In this document: positions 1 to 13,098 of the stretch, piece by piece
Layout: each line of letters starts with the position of its first letter
Numbering within the stretch: the first letter of the stretch is position 1
NCBI RefSeq assembly: GCF_018350175.1
Contig: NC_058381.1
Location: 2,232,001 to 2,296,000 of the forward strand
Length of the DNA stretch: 64,000 nt
Source: Felis catus
Lineage: Eukaryota
Direction of reading: 5' to 3'
The notes under the pieces: model-generated
Database searches by the model: none
The model's input: only the letters and a program-made list of their open reading frames with translations
Told to the model about the DNA's origin: nothing
Translations under genes and position numbers: made by a program

Positions 1-367
1 TTCCTCGTGAGCTACAAATCCGGGTCCTTCACCTAGAACTAGGTACTCACCAGGCCCACCAAGTCCTGCCCTAGGGGTTCCTAGCGCACCTGCTGCCCGG
101 GCTGAGTCAACCAGGCCAAGTCTCCCACCGCGGGGACGTGCCCCGGACCCTAGCTGGACCCACCCACCGCGTCCTTGCTGCCAGGGAGGCGCGGCAGGAC
201 TTCCCACCAGGGGAACACGCTTGGGTCAGCTGCCCCCAGCCCAGCTAGTCCTTCGAGCCTCCGGGGCCAGGCCCGCCTTCGGCTTTCTGGGTTCTGTGGG
301 CTCCACGACACTCCTCCCCCAGCCCGTCGACACCCTCAGAGCCGCTCTGGCACGCGCCCCCCCTCAC

Positions 368-632
368 CCAGCACCGGCTTGTCCGCCTGACTCCGGGCCG
401 GGGTCGCGGGGGTCCCCGAGGCTGCCGTCGCCGGGTTGCCCGGGGTGCGGGGACCCTGCGCCGAGGGGGACCCGGCAGCGGGGCCCGAGGCGGCTCCGAC
501 CCCGCCGCCTGCCCCGCCGCCTGCTTTCTGTGGCTCCCCCGCGGGCACCGGTACCACCACCGCTACCACCCCTGCCGCCGTCGCGGGCACCGTCGCCGCG
601 GTCGCCACCGCTGCCGCCTCCGCCTCGCTCAT
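368..632 (-). CDS. YBX2: Y-box binding protein 2 (germ-cell MSY2/contrin), coding exon 1; the rest of the gene lies left of the window
   Basis: ATG at 632 reads MSEAEAAAVATAATVPATAAGVVAVVVPVPAGEPQK...PATPARSQADKPVL, matching the YBX2 Ala/Pro-rich N-terminus that precedes the cold-shock domain. Canonical G|GTGAG donor after 368. Position next to EIF5A fits synteny. Confidence 0.95.
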
Positions 633-1100
633 CCCGCCGGGTCCAGTACCGGCCCCCGCCGCCGCCACCGCCGCCACCGCCTCCTCCGCCGCCGCCACCG
701 CCCCGGCCCCTCCCCCCGGCTCGCAAACCCGTCGCCCCGCTCAGTCCTCGCGCCCCGAGCCTCGCCCGCACGCCGGCAGCGGGCCCCGGGACGAGGCCAA
801 TCGCAGCCCGCAGCCGCGGCGCGCGCAGGCCCCGCCTGCCGCCCCCGGGCCAATCCCAGCGGAGCAGCCCCCCGCCCCGGCCCGCACGCCGGCCACGCCT
901 CCCGGGCTTCGCAAGGAGGCCGCGACCCGGGCTCGCCACCTCGTAAGTACACCTGGGCCCCGCCCCGAGGCCGTCACGTGACCTCCCCGCCCCAGCCCAT
1001 TGGCCGACGGCCCCTTTCCCCTCCCCCTCCGCCCCTTTCCACCGGCCGCGGGAAATCAAACGGGCTGGTCGCGCCCCAACCGCCACCTGGCCTGTGCGCG
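633..1100 (-). promoter_or_regulatory. YBX2 CpG-island promoter and 5' UTR
   Basis: Very CpG-rich. GGC-repeat 5' UTR (about 655-700), two CCAAT boxes on + (about 796 and 850), a third CCAAT (ATTGG on +) near 999, GC boxes, and palindromic E-box GTCACGTGAC at 973-982. Confidence 0.7.
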
Positions 1101-3052
1101 CAGGGCGGGGCGGGGGGCGCAGCTTCGGGGTTGCCCCTGACGACCCGGGTGCGCGGCCGGCGCCGGCAGCCTCCGCTCTGGCTGCGCGCCGCACCGCTCA
1201 TCTCCGCCCTCGAGACGGCACGTGCCCGCACACCGCCTCCTCCCGGCCCGGGGGATGCCCCGCACGCCCCGGGCCGGGGTCCCCGCCCGCCGAGCGAGCC
1301 TCCAGGCGCCGCGGAAGAACGACTCTCCCAGCTCGCAATTGCTCCCACTTTTATTTTTGAGGTGGGACGCACGGAGAGCGGAATGCACGACTCTGTTGTC
1401 CGCGCAGTCAGCGCCCTAAAGGAGAGAGCTCCCCCCGAGCCCTTTCCAGGCATCCCCGGCCTCCCCAAGGACCGTCGCCGCCGTGATGTCCGGCTCCCCG
1501 CAGCTTCCCCCGCCTTCCTTCTTTGCCTGCACCTGCGCTTGCCGCCACCTAGAACGCACCTCCGTGATTTGCAGAGCAACCTTTTCAAGTACCGGCTGAC
1601 CTATCACTCCTCACCATCACGTCATCCTTTCCTTTTCTCGGGGCGTTTTTGAAAATATGAGCGTATCTCGCCCTGTGCCCCCGCTGCGCTGGACGGAGCT
1701 GGTGGGCGTGCCTGACGCCTGCAGCACTGCCTGGCACAACGTGGACGCTCACTTGTTTCTTGAGTAATCGGATGGTCCCCATTGCACAGATGGGAAGACT
1801 GAGGCCCCGGCGCGAAGCTTGCCCCAGGTTTCCCCGGAGCCCGGGTGCTCGGCCCGGAGCTGCGATCTCCCTCCCGGAGTAGTGCGGCTCCAGAGTCGCT
1901 CCTCCCGAGGGCCGCCGCCCCGCCCCCGCTGCCGGACCCGGGCAGCGCGTATTTTTAGCCGGGACGGTGCGCGTGGACCAGCCTTCGTGCCCCTACGCGC
2001 CGCGGGCCCCAAGCGCGCCTCTCCAGCCCCGGGGTCCGCGCCAGGCTCGGCGGCGACTCTCCGGCGGCCGTGCTCCAATCCCGGTCCCGGCGCGCCCTCT
2101 GCCGGCCGCTCCCGGAGGCGCCGGCGCCGCCTTCCTCGCGGTCCTGCCACCTGCGGCTTACTCCGCCCGCCCCACCCCTCCGGCCCTGTCCGAGGCGACG
2201 GTTCTGTGTCCCCGCGCAGCCGGCACCGCGGATAGAAAAAGAGAAAAAAGCGGGAGAACAATTAAATCAAGAGGCAAGGCCGCGAAGGATGCAGAAATGA
2301 CCACTCTCCCTCGGACTGTTAAGGACCCGTGTACCTGTGTCCAGCCCCGAGATCGAGGCAAGCAGACGAGGGCAGGGCTGGGGCAAGGCGAGCAGGAGAC
2401 CTCCCAGTGCGGCCCCGGCAGCAGAGGAAGCACGCAGAAGGTACAGAGAGAGGGCAGGCGTGGGCTGGTTAAACCGTGACGGGAGAGGAAGCTCATAGGA
2501 AAGATGAGCCCTGTTTGCGGTAAGAGTTGTTAAGAAAAGACGTCAGGAGACCCCTGGGTGAGGGCGCTGAGGGGCAGGCGCCTGGCGACAGGAAACGACG
2601 CTTACTCCTACAACAGTAACATCCTCCCTATCTCCACGGTCAGGAATTAGCTGCCCCCGAGAGAAGCAATTGATTTCCCTGTTGCGTTGAAGGGTCTGCA
2701 CGGGTGATTTTCTGGGGATTTACAGATGCTTAGGGGCTGGAGGTGGCCAGGGCTCTGGGCATCCCGGCAAAAAGGGTCCTCCTTTGTCGCTCTCTTTCCG
2801 TTTGCTCCCGTCCACTTGAAGGTCGCTGTCTCGCCCGTCTGGTTCACGGGTTTAAAACCAAACAAAACGCGAAAAACAACGCCTCCTTCACTGTGGCCCT
2901 TCGCGGCTCCTGCAGAGAAGAAGATGCGCGACGTCAAACGGAGACGCTGTTTGAAAGATTTAAGAGCCGGTGCCAAATGCTCCTGGCGACACACGTCTCC
3001 TCGCAGCCCAAACCAGAGCTTCCGCCCTCTCCCCTCTAACACCTGCTCGCTC

Positions 3053-3053
3053 G

Positions 3054-3100
<47 letters not shown>
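3053..3100. repeat. (TC)n microsatellite
   Basis: About 20 TC units directly visible. Confidence 0.9.
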
Positions 3101-3103
<3 letters not shown>

Positions 3104-3374
3104 GGCTGCTCCAGAAAGTGCCACAGACCCCACGGCCTTCTCTTCTCCGGTCGACTCTTCCGCGGCCTTTGCCTCCGTCTTCCCCTCCTTCCAAGCTCTG
3201 CTAGGACTGCCAGATCCTTGACCTTCTCTCCGCCCTCTGCCTGTCTCCTTGTCCCATCTGCCGCATCGGATATTATTTACACGTCCTTCTTGAAACTTCC
3301 TCCTTGTCTTGTTGTTTTTTTCGGTTTTTGGGTTTTTTTTTTTTTTACCCGAGAGCAGTAAGAGTTGAGATTTT

Positions 3375-3610
3375 TTTTTAGCACCTAACTATGTGCCACA
3401 CACTGTGCTAAGCAGCCTAGGGGACTTCGGTCATTAATTCCTCACGGCAACCCTGGGGAGTGGCTACTATTATCGTTATACCCACTCTTCAGATCAGGAG
3501 ACTGAGGCAGAGTGGAGGTAAGCCAGCAGCCCAAGACCACACAGCTCTGGAACCGGCCAAGCGGGGGGTTCAGACGCAGAGCAGCCTGACTCCAGGACCT
3601 TTCTTCTGAG
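3375..3610 (-). mobile_element. MIR SINE fragment
   Basis: Degenerate MIR core (tattatc...cccact..cagatcaggagactgaggcagag...cccaagaccacacagct). Family assigned from memory of the consensus. Confidence 0.6.
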
Positions 3611-4578
3611 TCACCAGCCTCCTGCCACCGCGCTGGGACTACACTTTTCCACCTTCCTCCTCCCCTCTAGTACTTTCCACATGTCAGGCTCTTCCTTCCC
3701 AACCAAGTGTCTTGAGAGGCCGCCTGCATTGCGCAGGCTCTGCTTCTTCCCCAGGCCCGGCATCCGGGACCGGCGTTGATGTCGGTCGCACTACCTTGTT
3801 CGACGGACCCTTGCTTGCCCCCGTTCCTCCGCCTCCGTCCACGTGGCAGATGCCCACGGAGACCGTTTGGCTCTCAGATTTCTTCGGGGACTCCTCAGCC
3901 TCTCCCTCGCCCCTTCCTCGAGGTCAGAGCCCCCCAGTTCTTCTCTTCTTCTGACTCTGTGACCCCTCCCGTGGAGGCCCCTCCACCCCCACTGCTTCAA
4001 ATATGACCTGTTAGGGGTCTACCTTCTTAAGCACCGAGCTTGTGGCATTTCATTAATGCCAGCCCTAGGGAGGCAAAGACAACCCGAACCCAGTGACCCC
4101 CCAGCCCGGACCACCTGAGCCCCAGACCCACGATGGCCGGCTGCCAGCAGGAAATCTCCAGGGCCCCCTGCCTGGGGAAAAGGCTCCACCATATCGGGGC
4201 ACAGAGATGTGAACCCCACCGCCCCCACCTGGTTCACACCGTCGGCATCTCTCACCCGCATCAGCTCAGCGGCCTCCCCCCTGCGTGGTTTCCTCGCCCT
4301 CAGAACTGCCCTCTCCAGTCCATTTTGCACAATGGACCTCCCAGCAGCTTAGCCTGTGCCACCGCCGTCATGCTGCCCTGCTTGATTTCCACCGTAGTAT
4401 TTATTCGTACCTGACATTTGCTTGTTTGTAATCTGTAAGCTTCGGATCTTGTCTGTCTTGTCCACTGCTGTATTCTCAGTGCCTCAAACTGTACCCAACA
4501 CGTAGTAGGTGACCGGTAACTACTTGACGGGATACATGAAGACAGCCAGAAACATCTTTTATTGTTATTATTTTAAGG

Positions 4579-5003
4579 TTTTTTTTAAAAAAATTTTTTA
4601 ACGTTTATTTATTTTTGAGACAGAGAGAGGCAGAGCATGAACGGGGGAGGGGCAGAAAGAGAGGGAGACGCAGAATCAGAAGCAGGCTCCAGGCTCCGAG
4701 CCATCAGCCCAGAGCCCGACGCGGGGCTCGAACTCAGGGACCGCGATAGCGTGACCTGAGCTGAAGTCGGACGCTTAACCGACTGAGCCACCCACCCAGG
4801 CGTCCCTTAAGTTTATTTTGAGAGAGAGAGCACGAGCAGGGAAGGGGCAGAGAGAGGAGGAGAGAGAGGAGAACCCCAAGCTGGCTCTGCTCTGTCCGCA
4901 CAGAGCCCGATGCCGGGCTCGAACCCACCAACCGGAAGAGCGTGCGTGACCTGAGCGGAAGCCGAGAGGCGGACGCTTAACTGACCGAGCCACCCCGGCG
5001 CCC
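4579..5003 (-). mobile_element. Two tandem Can-SINEs (about 4579-4806 and 4807-5003)
   Basis: Reverse complement of the GGGGCGCCTGGGTGGCTCAGTCGGTTAAGCG tRNA-derived head, CT-rich segment and A-rich tail. Confidence 0.9.
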
Positions 5004-5417
5004 TCCGAAACATCTTTCTGAAATGCATTTTGGTTTTTGCCATACTCAGGCACCTTCCACGTGCACATTGGCGATGGCCAGCAACTCATCCGCGGGGCAC
5101 ACGACACAAAGAGATTCCTTTCACAGATGTGCACGTAGACGTGCCTGGGAACGGGGAGGCCACCCGCGCATGCATCGCCGGGCGCGTGCTGAGTAAAATG
5201 TGGTAGGTGTCTACCTGGGGTGTCATGCAGCACTTAGAAGTGACCCCGTGACAGGCTCCGTGCTCTGTGACAACAGGACAGACCCTCACAACACGGCCCT
5301 TAGAGAAAAAAGAATAGGAAACCAAACGAGAAAGACCGCAGTCTCACTTACTTAAAAAAACACAGCCCCACAAACAACAAGTCACATCTGGTCAGAATAC
5401 GTCAAAACCAGAAGGGA

Positions 5418-5606
5418 GGGGCGCCTCGGTGGCTCAGTCGGTCGAGCGTCCGCCTCTCGATTTCGGCTCAGGTCATGATCTCCCCGCTCGCGGGACCGAG
5501 CCCCACATCAGGCTCTGCACTGACAGCGTGGAGCCTGCCTGGGATTCTCTCTCTCTCTCTGCTTGTCCCTTGCTTGCGCCCTCTCTCTCTTATAATAAAC
5601 TTTAAA
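5418..5606 (+). mobile_element. Can-SINE
   Basis: ggggcgcctcggtggctcagtcggtcgagcg head, (CT)n and A-rich tail. Confidence 0.9.
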
Positions 5607-6846
5607 GAGACACACAAGGGCACGATTCCCTACAGAAAGGCAGGGTAAAAGGGGGTGAGAGGTTAACAAAATAACCAAGCAAACTTATGAACGAATGAAT
5701 GAAATACTCTATTCTGCCGTGACTTCTCATTAAAGGCTCACGGGTGACATTCAAAGACCCAAGGTGAACTTAGCTCTAAAGACCCACCATCCAGCCCTCT
5801 CTCTTCCTGTTGCCAATGAGTCTCTACTCACCCCCGCCCCTCACTCCCTCCTGGAGGGTCCTCCCATTGTCTGAATGGGCCGATGCAGCAGCCGCTAGCG
5901 ACCTGTGGCCATTTGAGTCCAGTTAAAATGAAATGAAATACGAAATCCACATTCGGCTCTGGGACAGGGATGGAACACGTCTGCGGAACAAACACTTCTG
6001 TCGTCACGGAGAGTTCTAGCAGGCAACGTGGCTACACGTGCTTCTCTGTACATCGCAGCTTCCGTGACGCTAAATCTGTCCCCAAAGCCCAGGGATTCCT
6101 GCCTTGCCTTAATTCCACGGACACTTACGGACTACCTTCCTCTGGCCTCATAGCGAGGGAGGCAAGGGCACTAGCAGCTGTAACGGCCCCTGCAGTGCTC
6201 GCGGACCACTCTGCAAATCTCCTAAAGACGTCAGGTGGTTTACGGTCAAATGTGCCTCTTCATTTACGTCTCCCAAACAAACGTTTGTGGCGCACCTACT
6301 GTGTGCCAGGCGCTATAAAAAAAATAAATAAAAGGTGCTGCGGATACGGTCGTGGACAAGACACGCGCGTTCCCTGCCCCCAGACAGCTCACGTTCTAGA
6401 AGGCCCCACGATGAAATAAGGAAATGGATGCACACGATAATTACAGATATGATAACAAGCCGTGAAGGAAAGGCACAGACTGGTGTGATAGAGAGTAAGA
6501 TGTGGGGGGGCGATTCTAGAATCGGGCCACCAGGCCCCCACTGCCAGGGGAGGTGTCACAGTCTATGCGCTGACCTGAAGCATGGGAAGAAGAGAGCCGA
6601 AGGAAAGGATGAGGGAAAGAGGGTTCCGGGTGCTTGAAGCCACTAGTGCAAAGGCCCTGAGGCAGAAAAGCTTGAGCCCATTGGAGGAAAAAGTTTAATG
6701 GACAAAGAGGAGGGCGAGAAAGGCAAAGCCTGAGAAATGAAAGCTTTGGAATCTGGATTTTATTCCAGAAGTGATAGGAAGCGTTTGAGGGTCTTAAAAG
6801 GGGGAGTGAGTCATATGGCCTGATTTATTTATATATTTTTTAAATA

Positions 6847-7015
6847 GGGGCACCTGGGTGGCTTAGTCGGTTAAGCATCTGACTCTCGATTTCGGCTCAG
6901 GTCATGATTTCCCCGTTCGTAAGTTCGAGCCCCACGTCAGGCTCTACGCTAACAGCGTGGTGCCTGCTTGGGAATCTCTGTCTCCCTCTCTTCTTCGTGC
7001 CTCTCCCCTGCTTAT

Positions 7016-7056
<41 letters not shown>

Positions 7057-7422
7057 TGAACAAATTTTTTTAATTAAGAAATTTATTTTTTAAAGATTTT
7101 ATTTATTGTTTGCTTGTTTTTATTTTTGAGAGAGAGAGAAAGACACAGAAGGTGAGCGGGGAAGGGGCAAAGAGAGGGAGACAGAATCCAAAGCAGGCTC
7201 CAGGCTGTGAGCTGTCAGCACAGAGCCCGGTGAGGGGCTCAAACTCCCCAACCATGAGATCATGACCTGAGCCAAACTGAAGCTTAACTGACTGAGCCAC
7301 CCAAGCGGCCCTAAAGATTTCATTTTTATGTAATCTCTACACCGGGGGAGCGGAGGGGCTTGAACTCTCAACCCCAAGATCAAGACTCCTAGACTCCAGC
7401 TACTGAGCCAGCCAGGCGCCCC
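6847..7422. mobile_element. Can-SINE cluster: + copy 6847-7063, - copy 7082-7311, short older - copy 7312-7422
   Basis: tRNA-derived heads, (CT)n and A tails in both orientations. Confidence 0.85.
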
Positions 7423-7556
7423 ATGAAATAAATTTCATTTGTTAAAGCACTTTCAGGGTCACAGAGAAATTGACCGGAAGATACGCAGATTTCTCACATA
7501 CCCCCCACACCTCTACTCCATACCCCCCACACCTCTACTCCATCTGTTTTTGTGGG

Positions 7557-8024
7557 TTTTTTTTTTAACATTTATTTATTTTTGAGAGACAGAGACAGAG
7601 CACAAGCGAGGGAGGGGCAGAGAAAGAGGGAGACAGAGAATCGGAAGCAGGCTCCAGGCTCCGAGCTGTCAGCACAGAGCCCGACACGGGGCTGGAACCC
7701 ACGGACCATGAGATCATGACCTGAGTGAAGTCGGGTGCTTAACTGACTGAGCCACCCAGGTGCCCCTCCAATTTTTTTTAAAGATTTTATTTATTTTGAA
7801 AATTTTTAAATGCTTATTTATTCTTGAGAGAGAGAGACAGAGAGAGAGAGAGAGACAGACACAGCGTGAGTGGGGGAGGGGCAGACAGAGAGGGAGACAC
7901 AGAATCCGAAGCAGGCTCCAGGCTCTGAGCTGTTAGCACAGAGCCTGATGCGGGGCTTGAACTCACGAAGCCTGAGATCATGACCTGAGCTGAAGTCCGA
8001 CACTCAGCCGACTGAGCCCCCCGG
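7557..8024 (-). mobile_element. Two tandem Can-SINEs (7557-7766, 7772-8024)
   Basis: SINE consensus motifs. The pair is flanked by the direct repeat CTACTCCATCTGTTTTT (7535-7551, 8043-8059). Confidence 0.9.
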
Positions 8025-8969
8025 GCGGGGGGGGGGGGGGGCCTACTCCATCTGTTTTTAAAACATCGTCTGGCTGCCCTGTGGGACATAGAGCGGCCAG
8101 AGGCAGAGGTGATGGGGGTGCGGATTCGAGTGGCGGCAGCGAGGGGGGAGGAATGGGGGCCGGTATGAGATACGTTTTGGAAACAGGGTCTGCAGGACTT
8201 GGTGGAGGGCTGGATGTGGGGGTGAGGGGAAAGGAATCAAGAAATCTGGGTTTTTCGCTCCCCCCACTCCCACCGTGGGTGACGATGCTGATTTCACTGA
8301 GCAGCCCCGGGGAGGCGCAGACAGGCAGGGGCTTGGTTTGGGGCTTGTTGGAGACCCCGGCCAGGAGAGCAGGGGCGGGTGGTTGGAGGAGAGTCGAGTC
8401 AGGCTGGGGACAATCCCAGCCAGAGGCATCCACCTGGGAATCTGCCCACACACGCGGGCAGGGTCACGTGAGCTCTCTAGGAGGTAGAGGGTTCCTCTCT
8501 ATTGTCATAGCTGAGGAAGCCGCCCCCAGACAGTGAGTGACCCAGGAGCAGGGAAGGTGTGATGCGGTCTGTGGGGGGTGCAGGGGGCCTGCACGCGCCC
8601 TGTAGGGAAGCGGTGGGCTGGGTAGGGCCTGAATCCAGGCGGGAACTCGTCCTCCACCGACCGAGCCGGCCCCTGAATGGTGATCTAAAGCCCTTCACTG
8701 GGCTCTTGGTTGAATCGAATGGTCCCAGAGGACTGACACCACTGATGGGGATGTAGGCCTAGCCGCCAGGCTCCAGGCTCCGGAAGGCACCGAGGTAGAG
8801 CAAACTCTGACATTACACCTCGGGCTGGGAGGCCAGGGGAACCCTGAAGACCGGCTGCTTGGATGCACCGAGGGTTGGTGGGAAGAGAGACTCCCTCCTC
8901 TCTAAAGGGGCAGGAGACTTGGGCCCCAAGCGGGGGAATCTCCTTGCTTGTCCGAGTCCCGTCCGGTAT

Positions 8970-9158
8970 TCTTTTTTTATAAAAATTTATTTATTTTGAC
9001 AGAGAGAGAAGAGAGGGAGGGAGAGAGAGGGGGAGAGAGAGAATCCCAAGCAGGTTCCGCACCGTGAGCACAGAGCCCGATGTAGAGCTCGAACCCACGA
9101 ACCCTGAGCCGAAATCAAGAGTCGGATGGTCAAGTGACTGAGCCCCCCCAGGCACCCC
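8970..9158 (-). mobile_element. Can-SINE
   Basis: SINE head at the right end (gactgagccccccaggcacccc) and T-rich tail at the left. Confidence 0.85.
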
Positions 9159-10242
9159 AAGAATCTGGTATTCTAGGCTGGGTCGCACATCCTGAACAGG
9201 AGAGGAGGCAGCCCGGGAGGGAGAAGGGATTCACAACCCACCACGTGCCAGACCCGGCTGTCGCGGTCCAGTGGGCTAGACGGCCACGCGCTCTGTGGGA
9301 CAGGTGCTGGGCAGAGGTGAGCACGGGGGTGGCGAAGCAGGCGAGATGCCGTCGAAGTCAGCCCGGCGGGGGCAGGAGGCGGAGCCAGATCCCAGCTCTG
9401 GCCAGGAGGCCAGAGGGTAGCCAGGAATGGGATTGGCATCGGGGTTGGGGGCAGGTGAACAGGCCTGGGACGCGAGATCAGCGCGCAAGTCCCTGTCGGA
9501 GGTGAGGCCCCCGTCTGCCCTTGGACCTTTCTTCTCTGAACATGGATGTCATTGTCCGCTCACCTCCTCTCTCACATCTTGAGATATTCTTTTCATGGGT
9601 CTAGACCAGCCAAGAAGCTGGTCTATCGACGCCAAGAAGCATTGGTACCCAGCTAAGCTTTCTTTATCCGCTGTCCCCAGAACTCGTAGACCCTCCCTCA
9701 TCCTGCTGAGGGCCGGCTTCCCTCACGTTCCTAGGCTCTGGCTTCTCTGTTGCCAAAAGACCGGCTTCTGGGCTGGGTTCGGCCCGGTCCTGGCGCTCAC
9801 TCAGCCCCCACGTTCCCCGCATTTGGTCCCCCGTCTACGGCATTTTCCAACTTCTCTCTCTAGCACCCAGGTTCAGCAAGGCCTCTGAGAATGGGGGATG
9901 AGGAGGGCTTTTGGGTAGGGCTTCTCCTCCGGACCCAGAACCAGGCCTGCCTCCGTCTTCCCCACCTCCACTCTCTTCTTCTCAGCTTCCAAAGAGGCGA
10001 GGTCAAAGTCACAAAGATCCCTGTGGTATCTTCTTCTCAGGAGCTCCTCTGACTCTCATAACTGCCGTTCATAAGCCCATCACTCACTGGTGGTAGACAG
10101 GTGGCCTGCACACTCGTTACATGTTATATGTTTTGTTGATTATCGATTGCTTTCCCCCCTCCCAGCTGTGGGGAAGGGGCCATACTGCTAAGGTCACCAC
10201 CCCTGTGTCTCCAGTATGTGGCACCTAACAGACGCAGATATT

Positions 10243-10272
10243 TAAAAAAAAAAAATTTTATGTTTATTTATT

Positions 10273-10326
<54 letters not shown>

Positions 10327-10452
10327 CGCAAGGCAGGGAGGGTTCGAGAGAGAGGGAAACACAGAATCCAAAGCAGGCTCCAGGCTCTGAGCCGCCAGCC
10401 CAGAGCCTGATGGCGGGGCTCGAACTCACAGACCACGAAATCATGACCTGAA
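10243..10452 (-). mobile_element. 5'-truncated Can-SINE with long (GA)n
   Basis: SINE body and (GA)n at about 10276-10320; the head is replaced by a C-run. Confidence 0.8.
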
Positions 10453-10880
10453 GGCCCCCCCCCCCCCAGATGTATCTTTTTTTTTCCCCAGTATTTTGTT
10501 TCAGATGTATCTTTTAAAAGGCATAGAAAAAAGTTTGTAGGCAAATATGGTAAAACATTAATCATTAATAGTAGCTGCCTCTGGGTCCTGGGGGTTCTGT
10601 TTTTGTTTTTCTTTCTTTTCTGATTTTCCCAAATGTTTCCACAAAGACTTGTATTTTCATGATAAAGAAAACTTGACAGAATCTTTGTTATCATGTAAAA
10701 CCATTCCTCTTGATATGCCTGGAGCCCCTTTCCTGTCTGCGAGGGTCAGTGCCACTAAAAACAGCGGCCTTGTCCTCAACCCCAGTGCCACCCACCTTCC
10801 CAAGTCCAGCTCTGCTTGTGACTGGCTTGCACACCCCATCGCTCTGATGGCTTCCCAAGACTCTCAGAATCCTGGAATCC

Positions 10881-11059
10881 TTTATTTTTTAAACATTTAT
10901 TTATTTTTTTTGAGAGACAGAGCACCAGCAGGGGAGGGGCGGGGGGGGGGGTGCACCGAATCCGAAGCAGGCCCGACACCGGGCTCGAACTCACCAACCG
11001 TGAGATCACGACCTGAGCCGAAGTCAGACGCTGAACCCACTGAGCCATCCAGGCGCCCC
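10881..11059 (-). mobile_element. Can-SINE
   Basis: ...gacctgagccgaagtcagacgctgaacccactgagccatccaggcgcccc. Confidence 0.85.
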
Positions 11060-11338
11060 TAGTGTTAGACTACCTTGACCTAACACTACTTTCTATATGT
11101 CAGAACCTCCTTCCCAATCAGTGTGTGCTGCTAAATGTTACCAACCAGCTCTGGGAGATGGAAAACAACATCTGCCAATTTCCCTGATGTAAACACTTCC
11201 ACTGTGGTCAATTTCAAGCTTCCAGGAAGACATTACTGAATGTGCTGTTAGGAAGAGGTGTGCACAATTGCTTCTTACAAACCTACACGTGCAGCCTCCA
11301 CCACACTGTTGGTTCCCTCCAAAGCCTCACTGCTGCTG

Positions 11339-11588
11339 CGGTGCCCGGGGGGCTCAGTGGGTTAAGCGTCCGACTTCGGCTCAGGTCATGATCTCACAGT
11401 TTGTGAGTTTGAGAGCCCGTGTCGGTGTCGGGCTCTGTGCTAACAGCCCGGAGCCTGGAGCCTGCTTCAAATTCTGTGTCTCCCTTTGTCTGCCTGAGAC
11501 CCACTCACCGTCTGCCTCTGTCTCTCAATAACAAACATTAAAAATAAATAAATAAATAAGCATTTAAAAACTTCAAACAAAAAAAAAC
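11339..11588 (+). mobile_element. Can-SINE
   Basis: ggctcagtgggttaagcgtccgacttcggctcaggtcatgatc... with an (AAAT)n tail. Confidence 0.85.
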
Positions 11589-12102
11589 CCCACACACAAA
11601 ACCTCACTGGTATTCCTTAAAGTATTTTTCATACCACTGTTGCGACTCTTCTGCATAGCAAAAACTATTCCAAAATAGAAGGTTTGGAAAGTCTACCAGA
11701 AGAGATACAAACTTATTTGGCAAACTTCTTTCTCAGCAGAACGCTAAACTCTTACCCTCTGAGAAAGAAATGAGAAAATAATGAATCAGATGGATTGCCA
11801 GGACAGTATCCAAAGGCATTGAAAATCTATAGATGGGTAGCCGGGGAGTTCTCCCCGAATATCTGAATTTTAATCTTGGTGAGTGGGTGTAACCACAGAA
11901 GGTGGGAAAGAAATGCCATCTTAAGATAGAATCTGATCAAGTGCATTCAAATCAGTTCTCAAGAAAGAAATTTCTATGTGACCTAAAGGGGGTTGCTTGG
12001 TATGTAAATCATAAAAAAAAAAAAAAAAAAAAAAAAGACAGAGAGGTTCTCCAATGATTTTCAGGGGAGTTCTGATCCAAGATCATCACTATTCCAGGAT
12101 TC

Positions 12103-12313
12103 TTTTTTTTTTTAAAGGATTTTTAAAAATATTTATTTATTTTGAGACAGACAGTGAGCTGAGGAGGGACAGAGACAGACAGACAGACAGATGCAAAGCA
12201 GGTTCTAGACTCTGAGCTGTCAGCACAGAGCCCAACGCAGGGCTCGAACCCACGATCTGTGAGATCATGACCTGAGCCAAAGTTGGATGCCTAACTGAGC
12301 CACCCGGGCTCCC
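12103..12313 (-). mobile_element. Can-SINE with target-site duplication
   Basis: SINE consensus; TSD TTCCAGGATTCTTTTT at 12092-12107 and 12315-12330. Confidence 0.9.
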
Positions 12314-13098
12314 TTTCCAGGATTCTTTTTGAAGGGGAGACAGACTGGCCTTTTCGCAATGAGGACAGATGCACTGTGTTCTTCTGTTCTTAGAGCTGTG
12401 TGGTACCAAACGTTGGAGGACACGTAGCTAATTCCTTTGTCCGATGTCAAGGTTCCTTGACTAGATTTTGTCTTTCCACTTACATTTCCTTATAGAAAAG
12501 AACGGAGAGTTGGGCCAGCCAACATAGACGTTCTGTTGCCCTTCCCCATTTCAGTTCATTTATAGAGAAGCTGATATTCCCACTTTTTGGTCAATCTATC
12601 ATGAGTCTGATTAGCCAGAGCCCGGTGTACCTTTCCTCAACGGTAAATTAGGATCGATAGCGTACCGTGTATCTGCCAGGCACAATTCTAGTTGCTGGGA
12701 ACACAATAACGAACCAGACAGGTTCCCAACCCTACACAGGTTATATTCCAGTGGAGAAAGCCAGACATGAGTAGAGCAATTGCACACATAAATGGATGTC
12801 ACCAGTATGTGACAGGCTCTATGTCTGCTGTGAGGGGACATAACATGAGAAGCCCACTTAGTCTTGTAGCTCAGGAAAGGTGTCCCTCAAGAAGTGATTT
12901 GACTGGCCACGTAAACTGGGAGGGCTCCCAAAGCTGAGGACTCTGCCCTGGACCGTGGGGACTCCACACAGGCAATGCTGTGGTGCTTCGGCCGGGTACC
13001 AGGTACTTCATCACCCTACAATACTGAACAGTATTTTGCCCTTTTCTTCCTCTGAGTATGTAGAACTCCGTCTTCTGTCAAGGTTATCTGTGCCTTTT

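Noticed and set aside
633-698. N-terminal extension of YBX2 suggested by ORF 336-698
   Set aside because: It starts at a non-ATG codon in a GGC-repeat UTR; the conserved start is the ATG at 632.
175-2496. Many long overlapping ORFs (e.g. 221-946, 364-1194, 978-1652)
   Set aside because: Stop-poor CpG-island sequence giving low-complexity Pro/Arg/Gly translations; only the YBX2 exon 1 frame is recognisable.
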